From a virus (Duplodnaviria > Heunggongvirae > Uroviricota > Caudoviricetes): DNA of 64,000 bases. The stretch covers positions 2,432-66,431 of the IMG/VR virus record IMGVR_UViG_3300044878_000087. One strand, 5' to 3'. Both the position numbers and the translations under genes were made by a program. Every line of letters starts with the position of its first letter. The first letter of the stretch is position 1. Below the pieces are notes generated by a model. That model saw only the letters and a list, made by a program, of their open reading frames with translations. It was not told the DNA's origin and did no database searches. This document shows positions 15,458-26,345 of this stretch, in pieces.

Positions 15458-17080
15458 CTATTTCCTCGTTGTTACGATATCGCCACACAGAATGATCATG
15501 ATACCGTTCCGATTACCTTTGAACCATGGACCACCACGGAGTTCCATTTCCCGTCGAGCACGGGTTACGTCTTCTAGCTTCACCACACCCGTCTTAAAGA
15601 CTGGAACGTCCTTAGTCCACGCGGATGTACCCTCACCAGGACAACCATCCATAGGGACCCTTTGAGGGAGCTTCAATCCTAATAGTTTCATCTGGTCTAT
15701 TGGCTTACGCCCAACACTTACGCTGAACAGATTACACACAGTCCAGAACACTGTCGGATAATAGCGCAGACATTCCCAGACACTATCGTGAACAGCCCAC
15801 CAGTTCCGATCAATCGAAATCTCGATGTGATAGTATTTAGTTGGGTCTAGATCAAATGGAGCTTTAAGCATCGTAGTACCCGGTTCGAGTTCGAGCTGTA
15901 GATCCATCCACTCATTGTTCCGATACAGTCGGAAGTTAAACAACCCACCAGGACGCAAGATACACTTAGTACCAAGATCCGTCAGGTATTCCATGAAGTG
16001 TTCGGTAAACTTCCAATCTCCGATGTTCTTTAGATCCAACAGACTACGACGATCGTCCTTTTCAATACTAACCAGTCCTGTGTAGAACGTGAAAGCATCG
16101 TAAGGTTTCTGTGTAGTTGTCCAATCGTTAACTGTCGGGTATTGGATATAAGGAACATGCTTAGGTCGGGGTGCAACAAACCGTTGATCTAATGGACCCC
16201 GTAGATAAGATTGCTTCCGCTCTACTTGTTGGTAGCGCTTAGGTTGTACCTTTGGCCAGAACATGTTTGGGATTGGATTCTGGTGGCAGATCAGTGGATA
16301 ACGAACATACACGTGGGTTGGTTGTTCAAACCGCACAGTGAACGTTACAGACACTGTGTAGGCACCAGCCTTGTCACCGTTAGCTGCAGGTGTATCAGGC
16401 GTACCTGTATAGTCGAACCAACCGACTACATCCAATTGACGCTCACGGATTGCAGGTTGCTCATGTTGCAGTGACAATGTAGCTACGTGAGTATGGGATT
16501 GCCAGAAGTATTTATCCAGATATTCCTGGAAGGTTTCTTCGATAGGCCAATCACTGCATTGAATCGTATCGTAGCATCCACGCAACAAAGCCTGTAAAGG
16601 ACGAGGTAGCATGTAATAGTAGTCAAGCTTGAGGGTGAGTTCAGCACCACCTCGTGATACACGGGCACGCTGCTCATCTAGCCAACGCTTGGCAGTAACG
16701 ATCCCTTCGGATTGATACTCGATGTCAACACGGAAGTCTAACATACGCCGAACAGGACAGATCTGGATATCCCGAATCGGGTCTTCCCAAATAGGCAAGT
16801 TCTTAAATGTGTTTACTGCTGTAGGCAAAGCAAAGTTATCGTCAGCAATATCCTGATAACGAATGGTTACTCGTGCCTCAGGGTCATAAACGATATCTGT
16901 CGAGCAACAAGCACCAAACCCGCCTTTGTCCAACGGAACCTTATCAGAGTTACCTGGAAGGAACACGTGGGTGTCTTTGGGGATATCGATGATGTTAGAC
17001 AGTTGTTCTGTCAGATCTACTGCAACACGACGGATAACAGACTCGTACGTATCGGGTAAGACCATTAGTGCATGAGGCAT
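15458..17080 (-). CDS. virion structural protein (phiKZ gp98-like)
   Basis: ORF to 17122; start MPHALMV has GAGGGG SD; synteny. Confidence 0.65.
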   Translation of the reverse strand: MPHALMVLPDTYESVIRRVAVDLTEQLSNIIDIPKDTHVFLPGNSDKVPLDKGGFGACCSTDIVYDPEARVTIRYQDIADDNFALPTAVNTFKNLPIWEDPIRDIQICPVRRMLDFRVDIEYQSEGIVTAKRWLDEQRARVSRGGAELTLKLDYYYMLPRPLQALLRGCYDTIQCSDWPIEETFQEYLDKYFWQSHTHVATLSLQHEQPAIRERQLDVVGWFDYTGTPDTPAANGDKAGAYTVSVTFTVRFEQPTHVYVRYPLICHQNPIPNMFWPKVQPKRYQQVERKQSYLRGPLDQRFVAPRPKHVPYIQYPTVNDWTTTQKPYDAFTFYTGLVSIEKDDRRSLLDLKNIGDWKFTEHFMEYLTDLGTKCILRPGGLFNFRLYRNNEWMDLQLELEPGTTMLKAPFDLDPTKYYHIEISIDRNWWAVHDSVWECLRYYPTVFWTVCNLFSVSVGRKPIDQMKLLGLKLPQRVPMDGCPGEGTSAWTKDVPVFKTGVVKLEDVTRARREMELRGGPWFKGNRNGIMIILCGDIVTTRK

Positions 17081-17125
17081 GTGAATCCCCTCGTTAGTTT
17101 TGAAAGTCATAAGATTCGGCATAAA

Positions 17126-17145
17126 GCCTTCCCCGGAGGGAAGGC
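17126..17145 (-). terminator. hairpin followed by TTTATG
   Basis: GCCTTCCC-N4-GGGAAGGC then TTTATGCCG on minus strand. Confidence 0.7.
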
Positions 17146-17152
17146 ATCTATG

Positions 17153-19339
17153 TTATTTGACTTTCTGTACCAGATGAACCAGGTTATCCGCCAGCAGAAT
17201 CAAGTGCCATTGGAAGTGGCCGTAGTTGTCAGTCGAAGTCTGCATTGCAGTCCAGAACTGAGTAACCAGTTGGTTGAGTGCTTTATCAGCACCAGCAACA
17301 TCGGCCTTGTCACCAGTCTTGTCAGTTTGGTTACGGGTAGACTTAGCTTGGTTAACAGTATTGATCGAATCGATAATACCTTTACCAGCTGCGGCAGCAG
17401 TACCACGAGACAGACCGATCAGAACTTTAGCCAACTGAAGCATTTTAACCAGATCGGTTTTCTTCAGGTCAGCAGTTTCAGGACCAGTGCCTACACCGCT
17501 ATCATTCTGACGACCTTCTGGGATAGCACGCTCAGCCAGGTTAGCCATGTCTTGTGCCATGGAACCAGTAGCTTTCTTCTCTACCTTATCAAAGGCAAAG
17601 TTAGCCAGCTTGGAAGGAGTGTATACCGAGGCAGGGTAGGACTTAACAGGCAGGGAAACTTTCAGTGCCTTGTTAACGATACCGGATGCTTTAGTCGAGT
17701 CACCTTCTTTAGCGGCTTGCGACAGCAGGCTAGCGAGAGATTCCAGGAACTTACGGTCGTGTGCGAAGATACCAGCAACTTCACCTAGCCATTGGATCTC
17801 TGCAGTCACAGCTTTAACCGGGCCACCTTCACCACGGAGAACAGCAGGAACTTTAACCTTGGCAGTTGCTTCCAGTTTCAGATCTTTGACACGAACGATT
17901 TGAACGTCGAGTGCTTTGTTGATTGCAGCGACCTGAGTCTCTACTGCCTTCAAGTGCATCTTCTCGTTCATGTTCTTGGCAAAGCTATCCAGGAACGAGT
18001 CACGGACATGTTTGATCTTCTTCAAGAAGGTAGCGAAAGATTCCAGCGAGTTGGTGTAGTACTCACCCAGGTTCTTCACGGAATAGTCTTCCATCGAAGG
18101 AATCACTGGAGATTCAGATTCCCACTTAGCGGAAAGCTTCTGCAGTTGTGATTGAGCCAGAGCTACAGTTTGTGCCGAGAAGGTTTTGGTACGGATACCA
18201 TGTTGCAGTACGCCGATGAACTCTTCTACAGAGACTTCGTCTTCTTCCAGTTCAGCAACCGATTTCGAAGTATCAACGATTTCTTCATCGAGCTCTTCGT
18301 CAGTAGCAACAGCTTCGTCTGCTTCTTCTTCAGCTTCGACAACATCGTCTTCGGTGGTTTCAGTATCTACGTCGGGAATATCGAGCTCCACCCCGTCATC
18401 TTCATCACCTTCATCGGTTTCTTCACCACTGGTTTCAGAACCTTCTTCTTCGCTGGTTTCAGCTTCTTCGCCTTCACCTTCGGTTTCGTCACCTTCAGTG
18501 GACTCTTCTTCGCCGGTGCTTTCTTCTTCACCTTGCGCTTCGCTGGTTTCTTCTTCACCGGTTTCTTCGCTACCGGCTTCGGAATCACCTTCAGTGGTGT
18601 CCCCCAGACCATCTTCGCCACCTTCTTCCGCACCACCGGTTTCGTCACCGAGGCCGTCTTCTTCTAGTTCAGGTTCTTCGGCAGACTCGGCTTCACCCAG
18701 GTCATCGCCTGTGGCTTCTTCACCGCCAGTCTCACCAGCATCACCTTCGGTACCTTCTGCGCCAGCATCACCCAGATCACCTAGGTCGTCACCAGTTTCT
18801 GCAGCTTCGCCTTCAGACGCACCCAGGTCCGCTTCGCCTGCGCCACTATCGCCCAGCTCATCACCACCAGCACCAGCATCGCCGCCCAGCTCGCCGTCAG
18901 TAGCAGCACTGTCACCGCCAATATCGCTTGCGCCAGTGTCGTCACCCAGATCGGTGGATTCCGCATCAGTAGTACCTTCTTCAGCTGGAGGAGTTGCATC
19001 ACCACCAGCGGTCTCAGCTGGGGCAACAGGAGCTTGTTCGATTACAGCAGCTTCAGCATCACTAGCTTGTTGAGCAGCAGCTTCAGCTTCGGAGTGACCT
19101 GGATCTTCTACGACAGCAGCAGCTTGTACTTCGTCAGCAGAAGCGATCAGTGCAGGGCCAGCAGTCTCTGGGATTTCCAGGCTATCGGCAGGTGCTTCAG
19201 TTGTAGTGGGTGCACCAACAGCTCCGACTGGGCCAGTTTCACCAACAGGACCAGTGGAGTTATGTGCCAGTTGATCAGCACCAACAGGTGCATCAACGAA
19301 ATCCTCAAACGAAGGAGTGAGGTAGTTCAGAATATTCAT
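17153..19339 (-). CDS. internal head (ejection/inner body) protein with very long acidic propeptide (gp97-like)
   Basis: About 360-residue E/D/G/A/T-rich N-terminus; SFE, SME and SLE prohead-protease-type sites. Confidence 0.75.
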   Translation of the reverse strand: MNILNYLTPSFEDFVDAPVGADQLAHNSTGPVGETGPVGAVGAPTTTEAPADSLEIPETAGPALIASADEVQAAAVVEDPGHSEAEAAAQQASDAEAAVIEQAPVAPAETAGGDATPPAEEGTTDAESTDLGDDTGASDIGGDSAATDGELGGDAGAGGDELGDSGAGEADLGASEGEAAETGDDLGDLGDAGAEGTEGDAGETGGEEATGDDLGEAESAEEPELEEDGLGDETGGAEEGGEDGLGDTTEGDSEAGSEETGEEETSEAQGEEESTGEEESTEGDETEGEGEEAETSEEEGSETSGEETDEGDEDDGVELDIPDVDTETTEDDVVEAEEEADEAVATDEELDEEIVDTSKSVAELEEDEVSVEEFIGVLQHGIRTKTFSAQTVALAQSQLQKLSAKWESESPVIPSMEDYSVKNLGEYYTNSLESFATFLKKIKHVRDSFLDSFAKNMNEKMHLKAVETQVAAINKALDVQIVRVKDLKLEATAKVKVPAVLRGEGGPVKAVTAEIQWLGEVAGIFAHDRKFLESLASLLSQAAKEGDSTKASGIVNKALKVSLPVKSYPASVYTPSKLANFAFDKVEKKATGSMAQDMANLAERAIPEGRQNDSGVGTGPETADLKKTDLVKMLQLAKVLIGLSRGTAAAAGKGIIDSINTVNQAKSTRNQTDKTGDKADVAGADKALNQLVTQFWTAMQTSTDNYGHFQWHLILLADNLVHLVQKVK

Positions 19340-19438
19340 GTTCTTTACCTGTACAGGATTAATTTGTGGCCATGCCGTTCGTCCGTGGCACAGCCCGACA
19401 ATTTTGGACGAAACGTCGTTTCACAAGATTGCGCAAAA

Positions 19439-20602
19439 CTAAGCAATGTTGGCTTCGCATACGTTTAGGGCGGCACGCACATTACGAAGCACGTATGCAT
19501 AGAAAGAAGTATAAGGATCAGCAATCCAAGAGATGTAAGACTCCAGCACTGCAACCACTCTACGGGCTTCTTCTTCATCGCGAATACCATTACGCTGGAC
19601 TTCTTCGTTAACACGCTCTACAGCGCTCAGAAGAGTCTTCAGCGCTTGTCTACGTGCATGACGGTGTGGGCCATCGTTGGAGTCAGCCAACACATTCAAA
19701 ATAGCATCACATTTGATCAGCAGTGCTTCCATCATGTTGTTGTCGAAGTATTCAAAGCTCACTTGGTATGGAGCTTCTACTGGTGTCAGTTGTGAAGGGA
19801 CCAACTTAACACGAATACCTTGCGCACGTTCTGTGGAGTTATCAGCATTAGCATTGTCATCGGTAATAACAAACCGATGGTTGCCCATCAAGTGCGGAGA
19901 TTCAACATGTTGGTCTTGTTTACGGAACACGCCCATGTGTGAGATCTTCATTGGGCTAGCTGCTGACATTATATCCGCCAGAGCATCTGCAGACTTCTGT
20001 TCAGTGACGCTACTAACAACTTGGTTAACTTGAGACAGTACGTGTTCAGAGTGTCCTTTGAAATAACCGTCAGCTACTGCCTTCAATACAGTCAGCGCAT
20101 TCAACAGGTTAATCGAGTTGTTGATCGGCTTATAGTTGACCGATAAGTTTACGATCCGTGTTTGGACGCTAAACGCTGATGAACTTTTCGGCTTACGCGA
20201 TGTAGCGCGCATGTTAGTGCGAATATTTTCCAGCGAATGGCCATGTAGTGCAGTGTGTAACGAAAGTTTGAACTCAGCATCTGCTAACACCTTAATCCAA
20301 CGTTTGATAAAAGCAATGATTCGATCGAATATACGAACGACTGTATCACTGATACTTTCCATCCCAGTAAAGAAGAATGGGGCGTCACCGATTGATTCAT
20401 AGGGCTTGTAGTGCTCTAGCCCACCGATCAGGTCAATGACTTCTTCAGTCACGTTAGCATCGGAGTCAGCGAGAATATTAGTCAAGCGCAAGAGTTCTTC
20501 GTTGGCATCACCACCGGACTCTTTATAGAACTTAGACATCCATTCGCCACTGGTCTCACCACGACGCTCTTCTAATCGAGCTAGTCTTTGTTTCATGTCC
20601 AT
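19439..20602 (-). CDS. internal head protein (gp96-like)
   Basis: GLE/GME sites followed by amphipathic helix; synteny. Confidence 0.65.
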   Translation of the reverse strand: MDMKQRLARLEERRGETSGEWMSKFYKESGGDANEELLRLTNILADSDANVTEEVIDLIGGLEHYKPYESIGDAPFFFTGMESISDTVVRIFDRIIAFIKRWIKVLADAEFKLSLHTALHGHSLENIRTNMRATSRKPKSSSAFSVQTRIVNLSVNYKPINNSINLLNALTVLKAVADGYFKGHSEHVLSQVNQVVSSVTEQKSADALADIMSAASPMKISHMGVFRKQDQHVESPHLMGNHRFVITDDNANADNSTERAQGIRVKLVPSQLTPVEAPYQVSFEYFDNNMMEALLIKCDAILNVLADSNDGPHRHARRQALKTLLSAVERVNEEVQRNGIRDEEEARRVVAVLESYISWIADPYTSFYAYVLRNVRAALNVCEANIA

Positions 20603-20649
20603 AGGGACTCCCTAACATAAGACGAGGCACTAGGCCCCGTCTATTTGTC

Positions 20650-22137
20650 TTAAGCTACAGCGACTTCTTTACTAGGACCGCCGTCAACTTTCAGCTCAGC
20701 CAGAATAACATCGGCGTAAGCAGAAGTGGTACGAGCCAGATAACGAACGATTTCGTTTGCACGTGGGTTAGCAGCATGCAGCAACTTACCAGCAGCCGAA
20801 GCGATTTCTTCAGCAGTACCAGCAGCGCTGTCTTCCATACCTTCACCAGCGGAAGCTTTCTTCAGACGTTCCAGAGCTTGACCAACTTTAGCAGCGGCAG
20901 CAGCCATGGACTCGTGACGCTTACCATAACCTTTCAGACCTTCCAGTACAGCAAACATGGCAGTCAGATCAGAAGTGATGGTCGAACCAGAACGAGCTTG
21001 AGCAGTAGTATCAGCTACGTCAGCAGACTCGCCTTCTTTGATACCGTAAGAGATACCAGATTCGGATACGTCGAGTTTCACGCCACCAGGCAGATCGGCA
21101 TCGGATGCTTGGATATCGGCCAGAACTTCTTTAGCCTTTTCCAGCAGACCCATTACTTCGCCTTTGTCACCGGAGGCAACATCGAAGTTACCGATAGCGG
21201 AAGCAACGGCGTTATAGAACTGAGTCATGCGCTCTGGATAAGTATTGGTACCCAGGTGCGATACAGCTTTCAGTTCGTTAGGGAAACCGATGTTCACTTT
21301 ACCAGCGATGGCGATACGGCCAGGGTTAGGAACCTTGAACTCACCACCTGCCTTAGAACCAGCTTTCTCTGCAGCAGCTTTTGCTTTGTTCAGCTTACGT
21401 TCCAGACCAACAACGCCTTGCAACAATTGAGTTACGAAGTTCTTGGATTTCTCCCACAGACCTTTCAACCATTCCCAAACTTTGGCAGCAGCTTCTTTGA
21501 TCTTCGAACCGAGGGTATCGGACTTCAGTTTCGACGGCAGCAGATGTTGTTTCTCGCCTTCACCCATGTCTTCCATAGAAGCAATGAGTTTGGACAGATC
21601 AACGTGACCGTCGTGTTGGAACTGTTCAAGGCCTACACGCATGAAGCCAGCAGCTTGACGGGAGATACCATCTGGACCTGCTTGACGCAGTAACTTCTGA
21701 TAGCACTCCAACGCAGTTTGAACTTCAACTACTTCCGACAGCTCATTAGCCATAGCGGTGGATTCAACGATGGTTTGATCCATCATGTCCATGGTGTTAT
21801 CGTGATCCATTGGGGATTCGATAACCAGTTCACCAGACATTGCAGGTGGTGCGCCTTCTGGCAACGGGGTCAAGCCTTCACCTTCGATGGCCGCAGGGAC
21901 CTCAGCAATAGGTGCAGCAATAACCGGAGCTTCTTCGATGATTGGCAGCGGAGATACTTCTGGGATACCGGCAGGCATTTCGCCAGCATCAGGGATTGTG
22001 GAAGGTTCGTTTACTGGAGCGGCAGCGTCAACGATCTGCGGGTCGACAGTATTACCTTCGGCTACGGCGGCAAGAGATTCTGGAATCGGAGCTTCCTCGA
22101 AGTTCTCCAGGGCAGCCATAAGTTTTTTGAGTTTCAT
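20650..22137 (-). CDS. internal head protein, gp93-gp95-type paralog
   Basis: ALECYQKLLRQAGPDGISRQAAGFM...SMED...GSKIKEAAAKVWEWLK. Confidence 0.75.
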   Translation of the reverse strand: MKLKKLMAALENFEEAPIPESLAAVAEGNTVDPQIVDAAAPVNEPSTIPDAGEMPAGIPEVSPLPIIEEAPVIAAPIAEVPAAIEGEGLTPLPEGAPPAMSGELVIESPMDHDNTMDMMDQTIVESTAMANELSEVVEVQTALECYQKLLRQAGPDGISRQAAGFMRVGLEQFQHDGHVDLSKLIASMEDMGEGEKQHLLPSKLKSDTLGSKIKEAAAKVWEWLKGLWEKSKNFVTQLLQGVVGLERKLNKAKAAAEKAGSKAGGEFKVPNPGRIAIAGKVNIGFPNELKAVSHLGTNTYPERMTQFYNAVASAIGNFDVASGDKGEVMGLLEKAKEVLADIQASDADLPGGVKLDVSESGISYGIKEGESADVADTTAQARSGSTITSDLTAMFAVLEGLKGYGKRHESMAAAAAKVGQALERLKKASAGEGMEDSAAGTAEEIASAAGKLLHAANPRANEIVRYLARTTSAYADVILAELKVDGGPSKEVAVA

Positions 22138-22205
22138 GTTTTTTCCTCAAGGAGTGAATGCTGAGCTAATTGCAATTAACATAGCATTGGGTAGATCGAA
22201 ATAAA

Positions 22206-22223
22206 GGGAGCCCGAAGGCTCCC
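22206..22223 (-). terminator. intrinsic terminator
   Basis: GGGAGCC-TTCG-GGCTCCC-TTTATTT. Confidence 0.75.
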
Positions 22224-22229
22224 GTCTAT

Positions 22230-24662
22230 TTACGCTTTGCCTTTTGCACGAGCTGCAATCATGGCATCCAGTACTTCTGTACGAGCAGCGAAGGTACTAG
22301 CGAACATGGTACCCATCTGACCAACAGCGTTCAGGCCCATGAAGCGGTTAACAGTACCGTAGAACTTACCAATACCATCAGCACGAGCATCATCTGCCGA
22401 GTCGATTGCTTTATCGGTAGCACGTTCGAATTGATCACGCAGTTTGTTGATCTCTTCGAATACACGTTGTGCTTGTTCCAGTCCTTTATAGACTTTCTTC
22501 TGACGGGACAGTGCTTGTTGGATCTGACGTTTGTTCAGAGCTTTGATTGGTTCTGGTTCAGACTTCTCACCGTGGTCGAAGGAGAAGCAAATACCGCCTT
22601 GAGAACTGGAGTTCAACAAGAGCTGAGTACCGCCTGGGAATTCACCAACTGGAGCACCTTCCATTACTTTACGACCCATGCCTTCAATGACCTTGCCCCA
22701 TGCATCGGAGGCAGTTGCATCAAAGTCACTTTGAACGTAGCTGATCAGATCACGCCACATTTTGATAAGTGCTGGGTTGTATTGGTTTTGGAACCAAGTA
22801 ACGTAAGTCTCTTCGATGGTAGGCTCGAAAGCGTAACCATTGGACAACTTCAGTTTCACCGAGCTAGGAACCAGTACATGACCAGCAGGTACGTTCGACA
22901 CTTCTGGTTCTACAACTTCAGGCTCTACTGGAGCAGCTTCAGCCGGAGCAGCCGATGGACCACCCAGTTGACGAGCAGCAGCAACAGATTTCAAACCAGT
23001 GCCTGGTGGCAGAGCTGGAGGAGTACCCGATACAGCAGCACCATTCTCAGGAACGTATTCGTTCATCAGCAACAGCATGCCAGTTTGTTTCTCACCGCCG
23101 AACAACTTAGCCCAGACGCGAGCAACCCACTCACGGAATTGTTTCCACAGGTTAGTGAAGAACTCTTTTGTTTTAATCCAGCCTTGTTTGACTGCACTAC
23201 CCATCCGAGAACCCAGACCAGGTTGAGCTACTGCACCACTCGAAGGCAGAGCCAGGTAGTCTTCTTGGGAAACGGTGTTACCTTTACCCAAGTGATGGGT
23301 CAGGAAGAAGTCACATGCCTTGACGGAACGAACGTTAATACGATCCAACCACGACAGTGCTTTGATAGCACCACTATCCAGAGAACCTGTGCCGCCTTGA
23401 TTCAGTGCACGGCTCATTGCTTGACCGAGCTCTGCAGCTTTCTCTTGACCAATCTTGCTTTCCAGTTTCTCAGCAACATTCATCATGTTTTCGCCAGCTG
23501 CCTGATATTTCTCAGCTACAGCAATACCCTGTTCAACATCTTTATCCAGAACCTGTTTAACATCGCTCAGGAACTTCTTGATTTCGTCGAGAGATGGCAG
23601 TTGTACATCGACGGCATCGGTCGCTTCTTTTTGTTCAGTAACGATAATGCCTTCAGCAGTACGTTCTACGGACATACCGTGAATTTCCCACTTAGCTGCT
23701 TTACCACCCATGTGCTGTTTAAACAGATCACTGATGGTGTCAGCAACTTCTTCGCCAGTCGTTTCTTTTGACCAACCTTGCAGAGACGAGGTAACTGCAT
23801 TGATCAGTTGGGTAGCATCGGCAAAGAATGCGATAACGCCTTTGGAACGGAACTCGTGTTCAGCAGTCATGCTCAGGTCGAGCTTACCATTCTTGGTGAC
23901 GAATGGAACGATAGCTGCAGGCAGGTTGATGGACTTCTGAACAGGTGCACGTTTATCTTCACCGTGGATAGCATCCAGTACTTGAGAAACGCTCAACCCG
24001 CTAGGTGCAGGCAGACCTTTCACTTTAGCTGGGTTACCCGATTGAACAGCTTCAGTAGCAGCCAACAGATAAACAACTTGTTCTTTCGTAGGCTTCAGAG
24101 CCTCACGCAGTTTGGTGTACAGACCTTTCAACTTAGCGTATTGTGCTTTCAGCCATTCCCAAACTTTAGCGCCAGCCGCTTTCAGCTTAGAACCGATACC
24201 TTCTTTGTCAACGTTGGCCTTTTGCATAGCCATGACTTGGGTACCAGATGATTCGTTTTCCAGGCCGATGTTAGTAACACCAAGCAGACGGTTAGCTCGC
24301 GCCATACCGATAGCCATGAAAGCTGCAGATTGACGAGTCATGTTGCTACCTGAAGAACGCAGCAGCTTACCGTAACCTTCCAGGGCAATTTGTGCACCCA
24401 TCAGTTGGCCAGCTTCAGCATCCAGGTTCTCAGCAATTACAGCTTCTTGAACGATCGGTGCTTCCAGTGGTTGCAGAGGAGTCGGATCGAGTTCAGGTGG
24501 GAGTTCTACAACGGATTGTTCTACCGGCAGAGGCATACCCTCGACAGGTTCAACATATTCAGCAACAGGAGCTGCTGGGGGTACATCGCCATCCATCAGT
24601 GGGGACGGAATAGCATCACCGAAATCTTCATTCGATGGGATATAGTTGCCGAGGTTCAGCAT
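22230..24662 (-). CDS. internal head protein with duplicated mature domain
   Basis: ALEGYGKLLR..MTRQSAAFM motif; two GSK/R..W..W amphipathic starts. Confidence 0.75.
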   Translation of the reverse strand: MLNLGNYIPSNEDFGDAIPSPLMDGDVPPAAPVAEYVEPVEGMPLPVEQSVVELPPELDPTPLQPLEAPIVQEAVIAENLDAEAGQLMGAQIALEGYGKLLRSSGSNMTRQSAAFMAIGMARANRLLGVTNIGLENESSGTQVMAMQKANVDKEGIGSKLKAAGAKVWEWLKAQYAKLKGLYTKLREALKPTKEQVVYLLAATEAVQSGNPAKVKGLPAPSGLSVSQVLDAIHGEDKRAPVQKSINLPAAIVPFVTKNGKLDLSMTAEHEFRSKGVIAFFADATQLINAVTSSLQGWSKETTGEEVADTISDLFKQHMGGKAAKWEIHGMSVERTAEGIIVTEQKEATDAVDVQLPSLDEIKKFLSDVKQVLDKDVEQGIAVAEKYQAAGENMMNVAEKLESKIGQEKAAELGQAMSRALNQGGTGSLDSGAIKALSWLDRINVRSVKACDFFLTHHLGKGNTVSQEDYLALPSSGAVAQPGLGSRMGSAVKQGWIKTKEFFTNLWKQFREWVARVWAKLFGGEKQTGMLLLMNEYVPENGAAVSGTPPALPPGTGLKSVAAARQLGGPSAAPAEAAPVEPEVVEPEVSNVPAGHVLVPSSVKLKLSNGYAFEPTIEETYVTWFQNQYNPALIKMWRDLISYVQSDFDATASDAWGKVIEGMGRKVMEGAPVGEFPGGTQLLLNSSSQGGICFSFDHGEKSEPEPIKALNKRQIQQALSRQKKVYKGLEQAQRVFEEINKLRDQFERATDKAIDSADDARADGIGKFYGTVNRFMGLNAVGQMGTMFASTFAARTEVLDAMIAARAKGKA

Positions 24663-24673
24663 GTGGGGATTCC

Positions 24674-26290
24674 TTAAAAGGTATTGTGTTGAATGGTGGC
24701 GGCTGCTACCTGGTCCATAAACTGGATACGGTATTTGACACGAGTTTCGATGGAGTAAAGCGTACGACCGATATCGTTGATGTTACATGCACGTGCTACA
24801 GTACCGACATGTGCCTGAGCTTCCCAGTTGTCTTTGCCGAGCTTTTGATGCAATGCTTCAAACTTACCTACATAGCTTTCGATTTTACTAGCAATCGGTT
24901 TCAGTGTTTCCAACTTAGCTAATACTTTCTCGTTTGCTTTGCCAGCAATCTTGGCATTTGGATCATTTGCTTTGATGCCGAACTTAGCATCATTCTTTTC
25001 AGCAGTATCGCGGATAGCCCAGCCCAAGTGTTCTGGGACTGGATGGAATGTGCAATTACCAGCGGTCTGAATTGTTGGGGTCGGGTATTGGGAGAATACT
25101 TCGCCATCGAGTACCTTTAAGAAACCTTCTTTGATTTCTTTTGGTGCTCCATTAACCATGCTTTCACATAGCACATAGAGACGTTCGATCGCAGGAATCC
25201 ATGACTTCTCAATGTAGCCTAAGACGTCCAGTTCACCTGACCCATCAAAAGATAGTTCATTGTTTTCACCAATGACAAATGGCATCCGCGGCAGAGTGGA
25301 ATATTCCTTCCCTGAAGCTTCGGGATCAGGCTTCGCATCCTTCTCCATTTGCTCCTTCCATTCTTTTGCACGTTGTTGTGCCGCCTTCATTTTCTTGAAG
25401 CGTGCAATGGCTTCACCAGCCTTGAAAGGTTTACGTGCAGGTGATGCTGGCGGCTCTGGAACTTTATCAACAGCTTCTGGACCATTCTCTGCTGCGGTCA
25501 ATACCGTCAGCAAATAAGTGTTCTCTTCTTTCTTCTCTTCAACGCGGTTGAAGATGCTGCTAACCCAGCCTACCAGTTTTTTCCACAGTTCAACGATTTT
25601 AGCCCAAGCTGCTTTACCAGCTTCTTTGACTTTCTCGCCAAAGGCTTCCGTTGCAAAGACCATGCGTGTAGCACTTGGTCCCTCTACAAAGTCTTCGTTA
25701 GAGATAGTGGTGATGCCAAGCTGGCGTTGAATACGAGCTAGACCAATTTGCATGAAAGCTGCAGACTGATGTGTCAGTTGGTTATTGGCATGGCGTAGTA
25801 GAGTCGAGTAAGATTCGATAGCGACTTGAATGTCTTTAGTCTCTTCCTCCTCTTCTTCATCTGGTGCTTCGCCATCAGCTTCGTCTTCAGTACCATCCGT
25901 AGGTGGTTCTTCAGCAGGTTCACCATCCGATACGGAGTCTTCGTCTTGGCCTTCAACGGGTTCATCTGTACCAGCGTCTAGATCACCACCACCGATGTCT
26001 GATCCAGTGGATTCAGAATCATCGTCTTTGTGCTCTTCATCGAATTTCTTTTCTTCCGACTCTTCGAAAGCTTCTTCGGTGTCTTCAGCCTTCTTCTGCT
26101 TTTGCAGCATATTGGTGATTACACCATCGTCCTCGTTCCCCTGTTCGGAGCCTTCGGCGGGTTTGATTAATTCTTCTGGGATACCTGCGACGTAAGTGTT
26201 TTCACCATCGGTGGTGATGTCATCTCTCAGGGTATCTGGTAGACTATCGAAGTCTTCCATAGAAGGTAAGTATGCTCTGACATTCAACAT
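24674..26290 (-). CDS. internal head protein paralog with acidic propeptide
   Basis: AIESYSTLLR..LTHQSAAFMQIGLARI..ISNED. Confidence 0.75.
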   Translation of the reverse strand: MLNVRAYLPSMEDFDSLPDTLRDDITTDGENTYVAGIPEELIKPAEGSEQGNEDDGVITNMLQKQKKAEDTEEAFEESEEKKFDEEHKDDDSESTGSDIGGGDLDAGTDEPVEGQDEDSVSDGEPAEEPPTDGTEDEADGEAPDEEEEEETKDIQVAIESYSTLLRHANNQLTHQSAAFMQIGLARIQRQLGITTISNEDFVEGPSATRMVFATEAFGEKVKEAGKAAWAKIVELWKKLVGWVSSIFNRVEEKKEENTYLLTVLTAAENGPEAVDKVPEPPASPARKPFKAGEAIARFKKMKAAQQRAKEWKEQMEKDAKPDPEASGKEYSTLPRMPFVIGENNELSFDGSGELDVLGYIEKSWIPAIERLYVLCESMVNGAPKEIKEGFLKVLDGEVFSQYPTPTIQTAGNCTFHPVPEHLGWAIRDTAEKNDAKFGIKANDPNAKIAGKANEKVLAKLETLKPIASKIESYVGKFEALHQKLGKDNWEAQAHVGTVARACNINDIGRTLYSIETRVKYRIQFMDQVAAATIQHNTF

Positions 26291-26318
26291 GGCAGGTCCT
26301 CAGGTTAAAAGATACATA

Positions 26319-26341
26319 AGATCGGGGACAAGCCCCGATCT
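26319..26341 (-). terminator. hairpin followed by TATG
   Basis: AGATCGGGG-N5-CCCCGATCT then TATG on minus strand. Confidence 0.65.
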
Positions 26342-26345
26342 AGTA

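Noticed and set aside
18186-19073. Ser/Pro-rich ORF, histone-like Lys-rich ORF (18367..18648) and apparent short repeats
   Set aside because: Alternative frames of the Glu/Gly-rich propeptide; not independent genes or a repeat array
20776-23771. Long plus-strand ORFs (305 and 446 aa) antisense to head genes
   Set aside because: In-register antisense shadows caused by codon bias of the real minus-strand genes; no SD and implausible F/S-rich composition
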